Shown here piece after piece: positions 53,515 through 64,000 of a stretch of DNA of 64,000 bases. The DNA is from Albugo candida. Lineage: Eukaryota. Under the pieces are notes generated by a model that worked only from the letters and a program-made list of their open reading frames with translations, was not told the origin of the DNA and made no database searches. The stretch covers positions 1 through 64,000 of the forward strand of contig JBDOQK010000014.1 of assembly GCA_040437565.1 (NCBI GenBank), read 5' to 3'. Each line of letters starts with the position of its first letter. Position 1 is the stretch's first letter. A program made the translations under genes and the position numbers.

Positions 53515-55666
53515 TTAGATCAAACTACTCTCTGCAAGCTGTACGAGCGATAATGTCGTCTCTGTTCGACGCATTTCACACTCTTTCTCACTATTTTCCA
53601 TTCCATTCGCTTGAATCGACTGACAAGAACCGCTTGAATGAGATTCACAAGACATTGGCGAATCATTCGCGTTCACAATCTCTGAATCGTCCTGTTGCTG
53701 CAACTTTATCTTACTGAGCGATTTCCTTCGAAGCAGATACCGTTGAGCCATTTGCGATACCGGTATTTCTACTGCGCGCGCACAAACCGATGGAAACACT
53801 TGCGAGGTTGCCGATGAGAATATCGACTCTAAATGGACGGATTTGGGAGGCTGAGTGGCCACAACGTCACAGAAATGATCCATTTTTGCCTCACTATCAA
53901 TCCTATGGACACGTTCGAGCCTCAATTGATTCCTAAGCGATGTTATCTGCTCCATCATTGTGTGATGAGCCGAATGCTTTGCCTGTTGCAAGGATTGAAT
54001 TTGGTTCCGTTGGGTTTCCAGTCGAGCGTCCAAAATGCGTTGTTCCTCAAGCGAAGAAGCTGATATTCCAACGGCTTCGTTCATTGCTTTGATCGCTTCG
54101 TTTCGCTGCCGCGAGAGAGTCTTCAGATCGGACAGAGATTTCGTCATTTCTTCGCAGAGTTCGAGATTTTCTCGCTCTTTTTGTTTCAATTGGGAATTCA
54201 GTGTGCAGACATGAGATTGAAGATCGCTGATTGTCATCTGATGCGATCGATCTCTCTCTTTCAGATCGTTTAGTTCTTCTTCAAGCCGCTTGGATTCTTC
54301 AGTGATGGCGTGGAGTGCCTTTTCGGAATGCTCCAATTGAGATTTCGTCTGATCGAATTCACGCTCATTTTCCGACTTGGTTTTCTCAAGTTCCAGAACC
54401 TCAAAGACTTTATTCTGGAGCTCGACTTTGATCATCTCTTTTTCTGCTTGCAAGTCTCTTGAAGCATCCATCAACGAAGCGATCTCTCTCTGTAACTGGT
54501 CCTTTTGTTGCAAACAACTTTGCCACTTTTCCATCAGTCGTTTGGTTGTTTCGGTGTTCTCTTGCTTCAGAGCTTTCAGCTGGTTTTCCGCTTGCGATTT
54601 ACCGACATTCAGTTGTTGCATACATTTCATCAATTCAGCTTTTTCCAGCATGGTTTTTTGCTTCTCATTCTCGGCCTTTGACAAGCGTATATGTAACTTG
54701 CTCAAGTCGGTTTCCAACGTTGTCACAGCGCTTTCTCGAACGACCAATGCTTCCTCGAGCTTTGTGATGTTCTGCTCCGCATATTGAAACTTCAATTCAT
54801 ATTTCTGAGTCTGTGTGCGCTCCGCTCGTACTTGCGAAGTCATTGCTTGGACTTGATCTTGCATGTTGGCCAATTCGAGAAGAATCCCATCGGAAAGATC
54901 GCCATTCAACGCCAAATGCTCCACACGAAGTTCCATCGCTCGTTCAAGAATACTTATTTTATTATCGGATTGCATCAATTGCTGTCGTTGGTCGCGTGCT
55001 TTGGCTTTACTAATTGCAAGTTTTTCTTCCAAAATTCTCAAACGTTCGTGAAGCTCCGAGTTTTGTTGAACGAGTGATTGTCCTTTGGATGTGCCCATGA
55101 AAAAACGCTGCTCAATCTTCTTGGCATAGTCGCGATTATGTATGGCTTGCAATTGTACGACTTTCTTCTCTTCCTGGATCCGATCGAGCTGGAAATAGAA
55201 GTGGTCAGCGGGGTTTAGAGAGGTTGGAGCACTTTGGGATCGCACCAGGTTGCGCAATTTGCTGAGTTCATCAGCACTTTTCTTGTTCTTTGTTCGACAT
55301 TTCACTACTTGTTGTCGAAGTTGTGCATTCTGAGGGCTCAAATGAGATCATTGGGAAGAGATAGACGCAGAATTTGTGTACCTTGTCGGTCGTTTTCTCG
55401 AGAAGTAAGCGCGTGCGGAAATACCTCACTTCCAAAGCTTTCATTTCACGATTGAGCGTTGCAATTTGGCTGTTTTGTGGTGGAAATATACTTTCTGTGC
55501 CCTGCTCACGCGAGGACTCTGTAAGGGGCTCATTGCGCGTATCATTCTTTTTGGAGCTTTTTGAGACAGAGTCGGAATCGCTATCTAAATCGCTACTATT
55601 TTCTTCGTCTTTTACTGATTTTGTTTGCTGTAAAAGGTGTGAAATCAGAAATTTCGATGCGGTCAT
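53515..55666 (-). CDS. Long coiled-coil protein of unknown function; 2 exons (intron ~55381-55330)
   Basis: A GTACAC...CCTCAG intron joins ...EKTTDK|NAQLRQQ... About 450 aa are heptad-rich Q/E/K/L sequence. Confidence 0.75.
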
Positions 55667-56068
55667 TCCTTTCTTTGTACTTAAAGGTCACTGAAAGAAT
55701 GAGATAATTATACATCGTTGCAGCTGATTGATATGGAAACCCCAAAGCGTAGTAACGAGCTTACACATTGCCTTCAAAATGTCTGTAAATCGTTTAGTGT
55801 GCCTCGAGATTTCCAGTGATGAAGTTGACCTTTTGACGGACAGATGCATTCCCTGCAATCACGCACTCCCTCTTGTGATTTGCAGAGTGCGTGGTAGCCG
55901 GTTGACTAGACTCTGGAACATGGGCCACGCGGGGTATTGAGCGCTGGGCACAAGGGTGGAGTAGTTTTCTGAAGAGACCTTGATCTGAATACCATAAGTT
56001 GAGATGGGAGATATCGGAATGGAGCATTTCAGCCAAAATTTTATTTGACACAGCTAAAGTATGTAATA

Positions 56069-57758
56069 CTAACGTCCTTCGATACTGATACCAATCGCGC
56101 GTTTTCCTTTCTTTCGAGGCTTGGCGATTTCGGACATGCGTTTCAGCAGCCTTCCTTTACGAGAATCAGGATCGACCTTTTTAGAGGAGACATTGCGCAG
56201 ATCCACTTTTGGCTGTGGTCGGTGCATAAAGTCAAAGCGTAGTTGCTCAGGAAGACGCGCGCGATGAGAGTTTGTTCCTATTACGTCTGTGCCTTGTTCA
56301 GTATTGTTGGAATTTTGGGAGCCAAAGATGTCAGCGCGAGCGCCAGCAGTTGACGTATTGCTAGGCCTTTGTATTCCATCGTCAGCCAACATCCAATATA
56401 AGTTTTAGTACAGCGAAATGCGTACCTCTGATCACGCCGAAATGACTGGGACTCTGCTTTTTCTGCCTCTAATTCTGCTAGTTTGGAGTAGTCCAATATT
56501 TTGTTGAACACAGAGCGACTCCAGCGATCTATCATCTCTCTGCACAATTCTTTATTCTCCAATGTCTAGCAGAAGAATGATCTTTCAGCCCACAATCAAC
56601 ATGCTGCCGTCAAGAAAATATCAAACCTCATCGGGGTGTTTCCATAAGGTCATGACGACTTTACCAAAACCGCTTCTTTTAAGATGCTCCTTGTAAACTG
56701 CGCAGATATCTATCACGGCGAAGGCTGCGACGCTGGACTTGACTTACTTGGAAGACGATGAACCATTGTGATCATTTTGGTGCGCATACCGAGATTGGGA
56801 AGCGTGCCATTGCCCAAAGGTTGAATCCATTTCCTGATGATCTAGCATCACGAGCTCGACAGCTCAAATATTGTTCACTACATCAGTAAAATCTCACCGA
56901 AAGAAGATCAAAATCCAGCAACATTGGTTGTAGTCTTTGTTTCCTCATAATCTGCAGCGCGTTATCGACAAATTTGATTCTTGCCAATGCGGGTCTCCCG
57001 CTAGAAATAGCATTCTGATCATCTGCCCAGGCTTTATCCATCCGAAATAGCAATTCCTGGGTAACTCTTTCCATATCCTGGACAGAGAGATTCATTTTGC
57101 TGTTTCTTCGTCCCGTTTTAAGTGATTTCAGAGTGTCATCAAAGTATGTGTCTTCTTCGAAAACTGCTTCTTGCTCAACCCGATCAACGGGACGTTCATC
57201 ATCAAATTGTTGTTTTTCTTGTTCGTATTCTCCAAGCACGTCCGCCAGGTCATCTTCTCTGTCGATAAAATCATCGTCGTCTTTTGTAGGCGCAACCTCT
57301 TCCCCGGAATCATATTCGTCGCCTAAATGGACGCGTTAGGTCATTCACTCATCAATTCACATCCGGGAACCATCGTACCATCATTCAGTTGACGCTGTGA
57401 TTTACCGTCTGTTTGAGAGGAATTACTTGGAGATAGACGTGCTTTTTTCTGCACTCTTCCGCCTTGTAGTCGCTTCGTTGAAGTTGCAGGCAAAGTTTCC
57501 TTTTCGGTGGACTGACGTTCATTCTCGCTTTCTGATTCCGAGTCGAATAATCTAGAATGATTCATCATAAGATGTCTGGTACCCTATTATCTGAGAGTCT
57601 CACCCAGTGGCATCTGATGCTGTTGCCTTCGCCACTACAAAGTAATGTGCTGGTAAATTTGGTTGAATGCAAGCGTGTCTGCGTTTCTTACCTGATTGTA
57701 TTTCTTCTCCATCATCTGAATCATCTTCACCAAACATATCGTTGATAGAGCCCTTCAT
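56069..57758 (-). CDS. IWS1: Transcription elongation factor IWS1/SPN1 (TFIIS N-terminal domain); about 8 exons
   Basis: An acidic N-terminus is followed by MDKAWADD...RPALARIK, WIQPLGNGTLPNL, HLKRSGFGKVVM, ENKELCREMIDRWSR, RARLP..FDFMHRP and the C-terminal ISIEGR. The start could be at 57800. Confidence 0.88.
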
Positions 57759-58556
57759 TCTTCCATCTTTACGTCGGATTATATCGGACAATGCACACAT
57801 ATTTGTTACAGAAAGTTTTCTCTATGCGAAGCGTACTGCATACCTTCCGCCTGTGCCATTTCGCGATTTTGCTGATTGCGATAGCCTAATGTAGTGTCAA
57901 TTACCGGGACTCAGTGAATCGCGTGAAACTCTATTTTCGAATATTACTCGAACGGCTACTGACAGTGAACACGGTACTTTTACTGCCGATACATTAGAAA
58001 TGACTGCAAAAAATTGCTCCATTTTAATTGCTTCATTCTACNNNNNNNNNNNNNNNNNNNNNNNNNNNNNNNNNNNNNNNNNNNNNNNNNNNNNNNNNNN
58101 NNNNNNNNNNNNNNNNNNNNNNNNNNNNNNNNNNNNNNNNNAAAAAATTGCTCCATTTTAATTGCTTCATTCTACTAGGCATAAAAGTAATATAATGTCT
58201 ACGTATCGTACTTTCCAATCCTATGACCGTGTACTCTAGCGTTAACAATCAGCACCGTACATATTAGACCTTCATTTAGTGCTCTCAAGAGGCCATAAAT
58301 GACCGTATCAAGAGGCCCTCACCCTATGACACCGCAGAGTTTCTTGATAACCGATGTCTCACGTACTCGGTGATAAAACGCGGCCAATTGAGCTTACAGT
58401 ACTTCGACAGATAAGTTAATGCATATTCTGATACGAGCTAAATCGACAATCGAGTGCATTTGCTGGTATGACTTTTCATGATTGCGACATGTGTTTACAG
58501 TCGTCAACCGACAAGGGTGTCGCTGAGAATCACTTGATTTTATACCATATAATAGT

Positions 58557-59675
58557 ATGGCGAGCTTGTTCTCTGCAATTAGACTTGGTGGGAATATGGA
58601 CCCAATCCACCTAAAACATCGAATTGTAATGGCTCCCCTAACTCGTTTACGATCGAATAATGACGGAGTCGTTTCGGACATTGTAAAGACGTATTACGGA
58701 CAAAGGGCCACGGACGGAGGTCTCATAATCTCCGAAGCGACTTACACGAGTCCAACAGGAAAAGGGACAGAAGGAGCACCCGGGATCTGTACCGAGGAGC
58801 AAGTGGAAGCTTGGAAGGATGTGACCGATGCTGTGCACGAAAAAGGAGGCAAGATTTTTCTTCAGTTGTGGCACTGTGGTCGAGTGAGCCATTCATTGAT
58901 CCAACCAAAAGGACAGCTTCCTGTTTCTTCAAGCGCAAAAGCAGCTATTGACATTGTTAATAAGCGTGGAGCTCATACGAAAGAGGGGAGGAAAGATTTC
59001 GAAGTGCCGCGGGCTTTGGAGATCGACGAAATATCAAAAATAGTGGAGGAATACAAACTCGCTGGAAAAAACGCTCTACATGCAGGTTTCGACGGGGTCG
59101 AAGTGCACGCTGCCAATGGATACTTACTGGAGCAATTTCTATGTGATGGTGTGAATGAACGTTCCGACAAGTACGGTGGATCGTTGGAAAATCGATCTCG
59201 CTTGCTGCTCGAAGTGCTAGCCGCTGTACTGGAAGAAGTACCGTCAAGTCGACTTGGTGTTCGTCTTTCTCCGTACGGCCATACCTTTGGCTGTACGGAT
59301 TCCAATCCTGCAGAGATATACGGCTATGTGGTCAGAAAGCTCTGTAATCTCAATTTGGCGTATCTCCATCTCATCGAGCCAAGAGGCTATCATCACACGA
59401 CTCCGCTCGTACCGGAAGGTGGTGTCGTAAAGTTATTTAGAACAATGTATACGGGCGTGCTTGCTGCTGCGTCGGGTTTTGATGCGGAACAAGCAGAAGT
59501 TGTTGTTGAGAGTGGAATTGCAGATTTGGTTGCGTTTGGACGTTCTTTTATTACGAATCCAGATTTGGTCAAAAGGCTGAAAGAAAAACTACCACTTGCT
59601 CCTTCAACGGACTCGACATTTTTCTATACGGGAAATGAGAAGGGCTATATCGATTATCCGCAACGGGAAAGCTGA
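58557..59675 (+). CDS. Old Yellow Enzyme family NADH:flavin oxidoreductase (12-oxophytodienoate reductase-like), 372 aa
   Basis: Motifs HRIVMAPLTR, GLIISEAT, QLWHCGR, GFDGVEVHAANGYLLEQF, YGGSLENR, RLSP, AFGRSFITNPDL and GYIDYP are present. Confidence 0.95.
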   Translation: MASLFSAIRLGGNMDPIHLKHRIVMAPLTRLRSNNDGVVSDIVKTYYGQRATDGGLIISEATYTSPTGKGTEGAPGICTEEQVEAWKDVTDAVHEKGGKIFLQLWHCGRVSHSLIQPKGQLPVSSSAKAAIDIVNKRGAHTKEGRKDFEVPRALEIDEISKIVEEYKLAGKNALHAGFDGVEVHAANGYLLEQFLCDGVNERSDKYGGSLENRSRLLLEVLAAVLEEVPSSRLGVRLSPYGHTFGCTDSNPAEIYGYVVRKLCNLNLAYLHLIEPRGYHHTTPLVPEGGVVKLFRTMYTGVLAAASGFDAEQAEVVVESGIADLVAFGRSFITNPDLVKRLKEKLPLAPSTDSTFFYTGNEKGYIDYPQRES

Positions 59676-61346
59676 CTGCAGTCAGTTAAAGCGATAGGTT
59701 CTCCCACTTAAGATTTGGAGAAGCAGAATGGTATCGCAATCTTCAATATGTTGTATGTAGAAAAAAAGAAATTTAAAGTTCAGTGAGTCAATCGCATTTC
59801 TCTAGTCACAAAAAATTTTGTGCAGATTGCGGAATTTTGCTTGCTCAAAAATCATGTTTTGGTATCGGACACGTTCATATTTTACAGAACCGTGGGATCC
59901 TTTGCAGGCTCACGTGTCGCAAAATATATATGGCCGAGATGCAGACTACCATTCTTACTACACAGCCGAACTCATGTTAACACAATCGGTACAAAGTATT
60001 TTTCTCATAACACTTTTACACTTGAAAAGAGAGACAACTGGCGGGTCGGTCCGTTATAGCTGTGGTCAAATAGTCGATAGCGACGGTGTCGGTGAAGTAA
60101 AAGATATGGACAATCGTCTTCGATCAATGCAGTGGATGCGATACCAAATTAGAAGGTATCATGCGAAAGCTTCCAAAGCGCTATGAAATTGCCTTATTTC
60201 TAAGGCTATGCTCGAAGAGAGGGCAAATAGTGTGTCCTATACGAAAGGCAAAAAATATGTGATATAGCCAATACACCTTGCTGTGCCCGCACTCTACGTT
60301 AAGTGGAAAATTTAAGGACCCCAAATCAGCTTTTTGGCTCGAAAGGTAATCCAAGTACACACTCATACCCTTTGCTGCAACTAATTTGTTCTGCAGGTGT
60401 TAGATACGTTTTGCAGAACTCCTTTGATCATTGGCGAAAAGTCAATGCGTCGTATAACTTGTATGAGAAATTGGGCCGGAATGTGAATTGAATATTACTA
60501 TACCGGTTTCGGTATTAATAGGAGTCTGAAACAAAACAGAAGGAAGGATTACAGTAGCGATATAAGAGCCATTTTCTGATCGACTGACTCGGCAAGACGG
60601 TATAGAAAGGCCAATGTATCAAGCAAAAAGAATGAAATCAGCCTGCAGGAAGGCGGAACCAAAAATTTTGCTCTTTTGGTAAAAAATCTCATCTCAAAGG
60701 ATTTGTTTGGAAAGTAGAATGGCAGATTGGGCTATTGTATGTTTGATGCATAAGAGAACACGGCTTCTGGAGAAAGGCTAAGCGATCACGAGAAAACTTT
60801 CGCGATGCACTTTCTGGATATATCGGCATTCGTTCAGCACTCCAGAAGCCAAGTCAGCCGCAGCGACTATTGCATACTTCGAAAGCAAAAGTCGTCGGCT
60901 TTGATACTTCAAAAGTCTCAGTCTCTCAAGAAATGAGCCGTACCTTTAACTTTTCGCTAAATTCGGGATCGCAAAAAGGCAATCTATCCAGGAATAGGGT
61001 CTGTTCGCGCATATTTCATCCAATCCACACATTGCAAAGAGTCCGCAAAAGTTGTGTCAAATGTCTCAGGGTGTCCACACAACTTGTCCAAATGTGTCGA
61101 CTTGCATGGACTTATAATATTTCACGAGTAGTGTTAACTGTTAAGAAGTAAGATTAGTGCTGGCCGGTGTGTGACCCAAGGAGTTTATATAGACACCGCT
61201 CACTCAAACTGGATAGACCAGTATATAACCTCGACTGACTAATATTGTATCGACCAACTTTGCAATCCAATTTGATCCCTTTCTAGATCTCGATTGTGTC
61301 AGTGACCTGTCGTCATAGAATTATTTGCATCTAAACTTTGCCTGAA

Positions 61347-63946
61347 ATGCCAATTGAAGCCAGATTTGATCGTTTCGAATGTGATCATCCACAACTCTTT
61401 CAGCAAGAGTACAAGAGGTACCAAGGTGGACCTTTGCACCCTTGTGTTATGTGCGACTTGTTATTCACGCTTTTGTGTCCAATGGCGTAGAAGTAATCGG
61501 ACAAAAGGTCTAAAGATACTGAGGTAATAAGGCGACTCGATCATAGTATTTACTTATGTGAGATACAGATGCTTCCCACATTGCTGCCCGTCACATATCG
61601 ATCGAAGTTATTGTGGTTCATCGCTGTATGTGGTCGTCACCGGACTTTCAGGATGGATGACACCACAAGTATCAGACGGTCACGATGCCGGGATTTTGCA
61701 CTGTACGGAACAAGAGACGATACGGACTGAGGATCTTCACGTTGTCGCGAGGTTTGAGACTGTCAATGATGTCGGGTTGACGTTCGGGGAGACAATTCCA
61801 TTCGAATCGATCTCAGCAGCGACACAGGATGAGCAAAATCCTGAAGGACATTGGATTCCTGGCGTGCGAGAGCGTCTTACACATCTTGAAAAATTTGATG
61901 CAATGGACATGGAAGTAGGTGCATTTCGAACTATATATTTAACTTTCTCACTACTTTCGTAATCGTTAGACCACCGCTGTCTTTCAGCTAAATGGAAAGA
62001 TCTACTCTCGATGGTATTATGACTGGGAAAGCGGTGCGAATAAAGCTCAGCGGCTGATGCATCATGTTCTAAAAGCGTACGTATTTGTGAGAATTCCACC
62101 CAAAACCAATGAGAAGGACTCCAACTTTTCAATTAGTCGTGAGGCTAAACTTAAGAAGAGAGAAATTGGCTCAGGATTTCTTCGTCTCGTTACAGTCGTC
62201 TTATCGCCAAAATTTACGGTCATTTCGTATCGCCGAGCTCCGAACGAAGCCACAACTTTAAAAATGGACCATACTTTATGTCTACCGACTCCCATTCCGC
62301 CTTCCTCAGCTCCATCGACCAGCGATTCCGTCAGCCATAAACGATTCTTCGGCCAGGATTACCCTTCAATTAGCTCACAAGACACACCTTCCTCATCAAA
62401 GGAGGACACAGAGTTGGAACATAAACGACGAAGGCGACGTCAGAGCTCATTAAGCGAATCAGTCGTAAAGAGTTTGTCTATCACATCGGACTTGAATTAT
62501 TCCAAGTTGTTTGTCGAAAAAGTGTTATGGGAGCACGCGCACGGTGATGCTGTTGCAACATCAAAAAATCTCTGTCTCTTGTATTTGTTTGTTCAATGGA
62601 CTCCAATAAGCAGCCACAATTGGGCATTCGAGAATCTCGCTCAGTGTGTGAACCGACAACATCTACAGGATCTAGCACACCCATTCCGTCATGTTGCAGA
62701 TATCAATGGCATCTCAAAATTGTTTATGGATTCTACCGCTCGAGTCTGCCCCTACCAGTCTTCGGGCGCTCGGATGCATAGCTTCCTCATGCCTTCATCG
62801 GCACATTGCCAGGAATTTTCCATTCCTCCCAACACGCCCGAACTCAAGGCGCTCATTCAAGTCACAACACAAATCGTTTTGTGGTTCCACTCGAATGAGA
62901 ATTTGATGTGGATGCGTGAATTCATCAATCAACGTTTTGCAACGACTTGTCATAAACAATTACTTCGCAAGAGCTTTGTCACGTTTTTGGCTCTTTTTGA
63001 GAAACGATTGCAACGGGATGTATTGCTGAATTCGGCATTCCAAAGCTTGGCTCAAATCACGGAAGAAATTACAAGCGCGGTCTACATTCATCGCTATTAC
63101 GCGTCGAAACGTGCCTGGGTGCGTGAGGTAATGAGCCATCCAGGGTTCATCGGGTGGCATGCTTTTGTAGCGCAAGTACGGGACGTTTATATAGCAAATA
63201 GTATCCAGACGCGACTCAGCTTATTTGGCGAGACTTCACCTTGGCATGGAGTGTGGCTTATGCATTTCGAGAGTTTCTCGTGGAAACCATCGGAAGAAAC
63301 TTCTGTTCCGCATTTTTCATTATTTCAAGTTTTGGAATGGCTTTCACATTTGGGCCGAATCGAAGTTGCGCTGAATGCGTCCAATTACGCTCTCTGGATC
63401 CGTTCGACACAGAATTTTGTCTCGGAGAAGAACGGCGGTATGTTATTGATACTGGATGGAAAGGATCGAGTCTTCCGTCTTCTACCCAACGGAAAATCAA
63501 CTTTTATGGGGAAGGCTGATATTGGCGATTATCGGGGTTTCATGACGTATCAGACGCCAAGTACTCGAGGTCGTTGTTCGTCTCAACAAATTGTTGTCTC
63601 CATGCAGTGTTACTGCTGGGCACCATACGGCATCGATCAATTCTCATTTCAAACTCGTTGGCAAATGATTTGTACTGTTGTGAATGGTACGAGTCAAATT
63701 ACTGTGAATGGAAGTGTTTTGTATGCACGAACTTTGGGTTTCTTCAATGATTGTGACACAACAGAAATGCGTCTGAGTGAGAAATTGCGGCGGTTGGAAA
63801 ATAGAGGCCATCTTAGCCCTTTAAACCCTTCCAATCAACACACACATTTGTGTGAGCCAGCAAAAGGCATTCCATCCAGCCGACAAGAGCACTTTCTCTG
63901 GCACGAGCTCGCGAGTTTTGACTTTAGCTATCAGCTCGTGACTTGA
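61347..63946 (+). CDS. Uncharacterised protein with N-terminal 'RSNRTKGLKILRCFPHCCPxH..YCG' domain and basic NLS; 4 exons
   Basis: Three GT-AG introns (about 61418-61490, 61524-61568, 61915-61969) give a continuous frame, MPIEARFDRF...YKR|SNRTKGLKILR|CFPHCCPSHIDRSYCG...DME|TTAVFQLNG...WYYDWESGANK...HVLKAYVF...SPKFTVISYRR. This continues into the 629-aa ORF. Confidence 0.8.
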
Positions 63947-64000
63947 TACCTGCGATCAATTAGCATAGAAATTGTGTTCAGATAAATAATTGAGAACGAA

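Noticed and set aside
58530-58548. TCACTTGATTTT, resembling the oomycete initiator/FPR core promoter upstream of the OYE gene
   Set aside because: The match is partial and the motif is too degenerate to call without transcription-start data.
1-64000. Prokaryotic-type systems (CRISPR, operons, defence islands) and intact transposons
   Set aside because: The DNA is intron-containing and eukaryotic. I saw no repeat-spacer arrays and no transposase, reverse transcriptase or integrase motifs.

Overview
This is eukaryotic DNA: gene-dense, with short (~45-70 nt) GT-AG introns and very short intergenic spaces. The gene content points to an oomycete: myosin-FYVE-GAF, a START-like+FYVE array, a PH-MAPK and flagellar CFAP70. 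The compactness would fit an Albugo-like genome, which is inference only. About 27 protein-coding loci can be read. These include PYM1, an orphan MetAP1 C-terminal fragment, CEP95-like, a plant/bacterial-type glutaminyl cyclase, CMC1, CFAP70, SNM1A/PSO2 and a lipoyl-domain + KGD4/MRPS36-like fusion. Also present are ASCC2, two secreted multicopper oxidases, a myosin, a membrane-anchored JmjC protein, a PH-MAPK, a double CH-domain protein and three START-like/FYVE paralogs. The rest are a PHD protein with a chromo-barrel nested inside a PHD finger, AP-4 beta, NOT2, IWS1, an Old Yellow Enzyme and several uncharacterised genes. There are ten 100-N scaffold gaps. Eight are flanked by exactly duplicated sequence (12-1450 bp), so the apparent gene and domain duplications across them are assembly artefacts. 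I found no rRNA, tRNA, CRISPR array or intact mobile element. The most interesting observations are the lipoyl-KGD4 fusion, the nested PHD/chromo-barrel, a candidate new DNA-binding domain family (CFPHCCP motif), and the two oxidase paralogs with different T1-copper axial residues.
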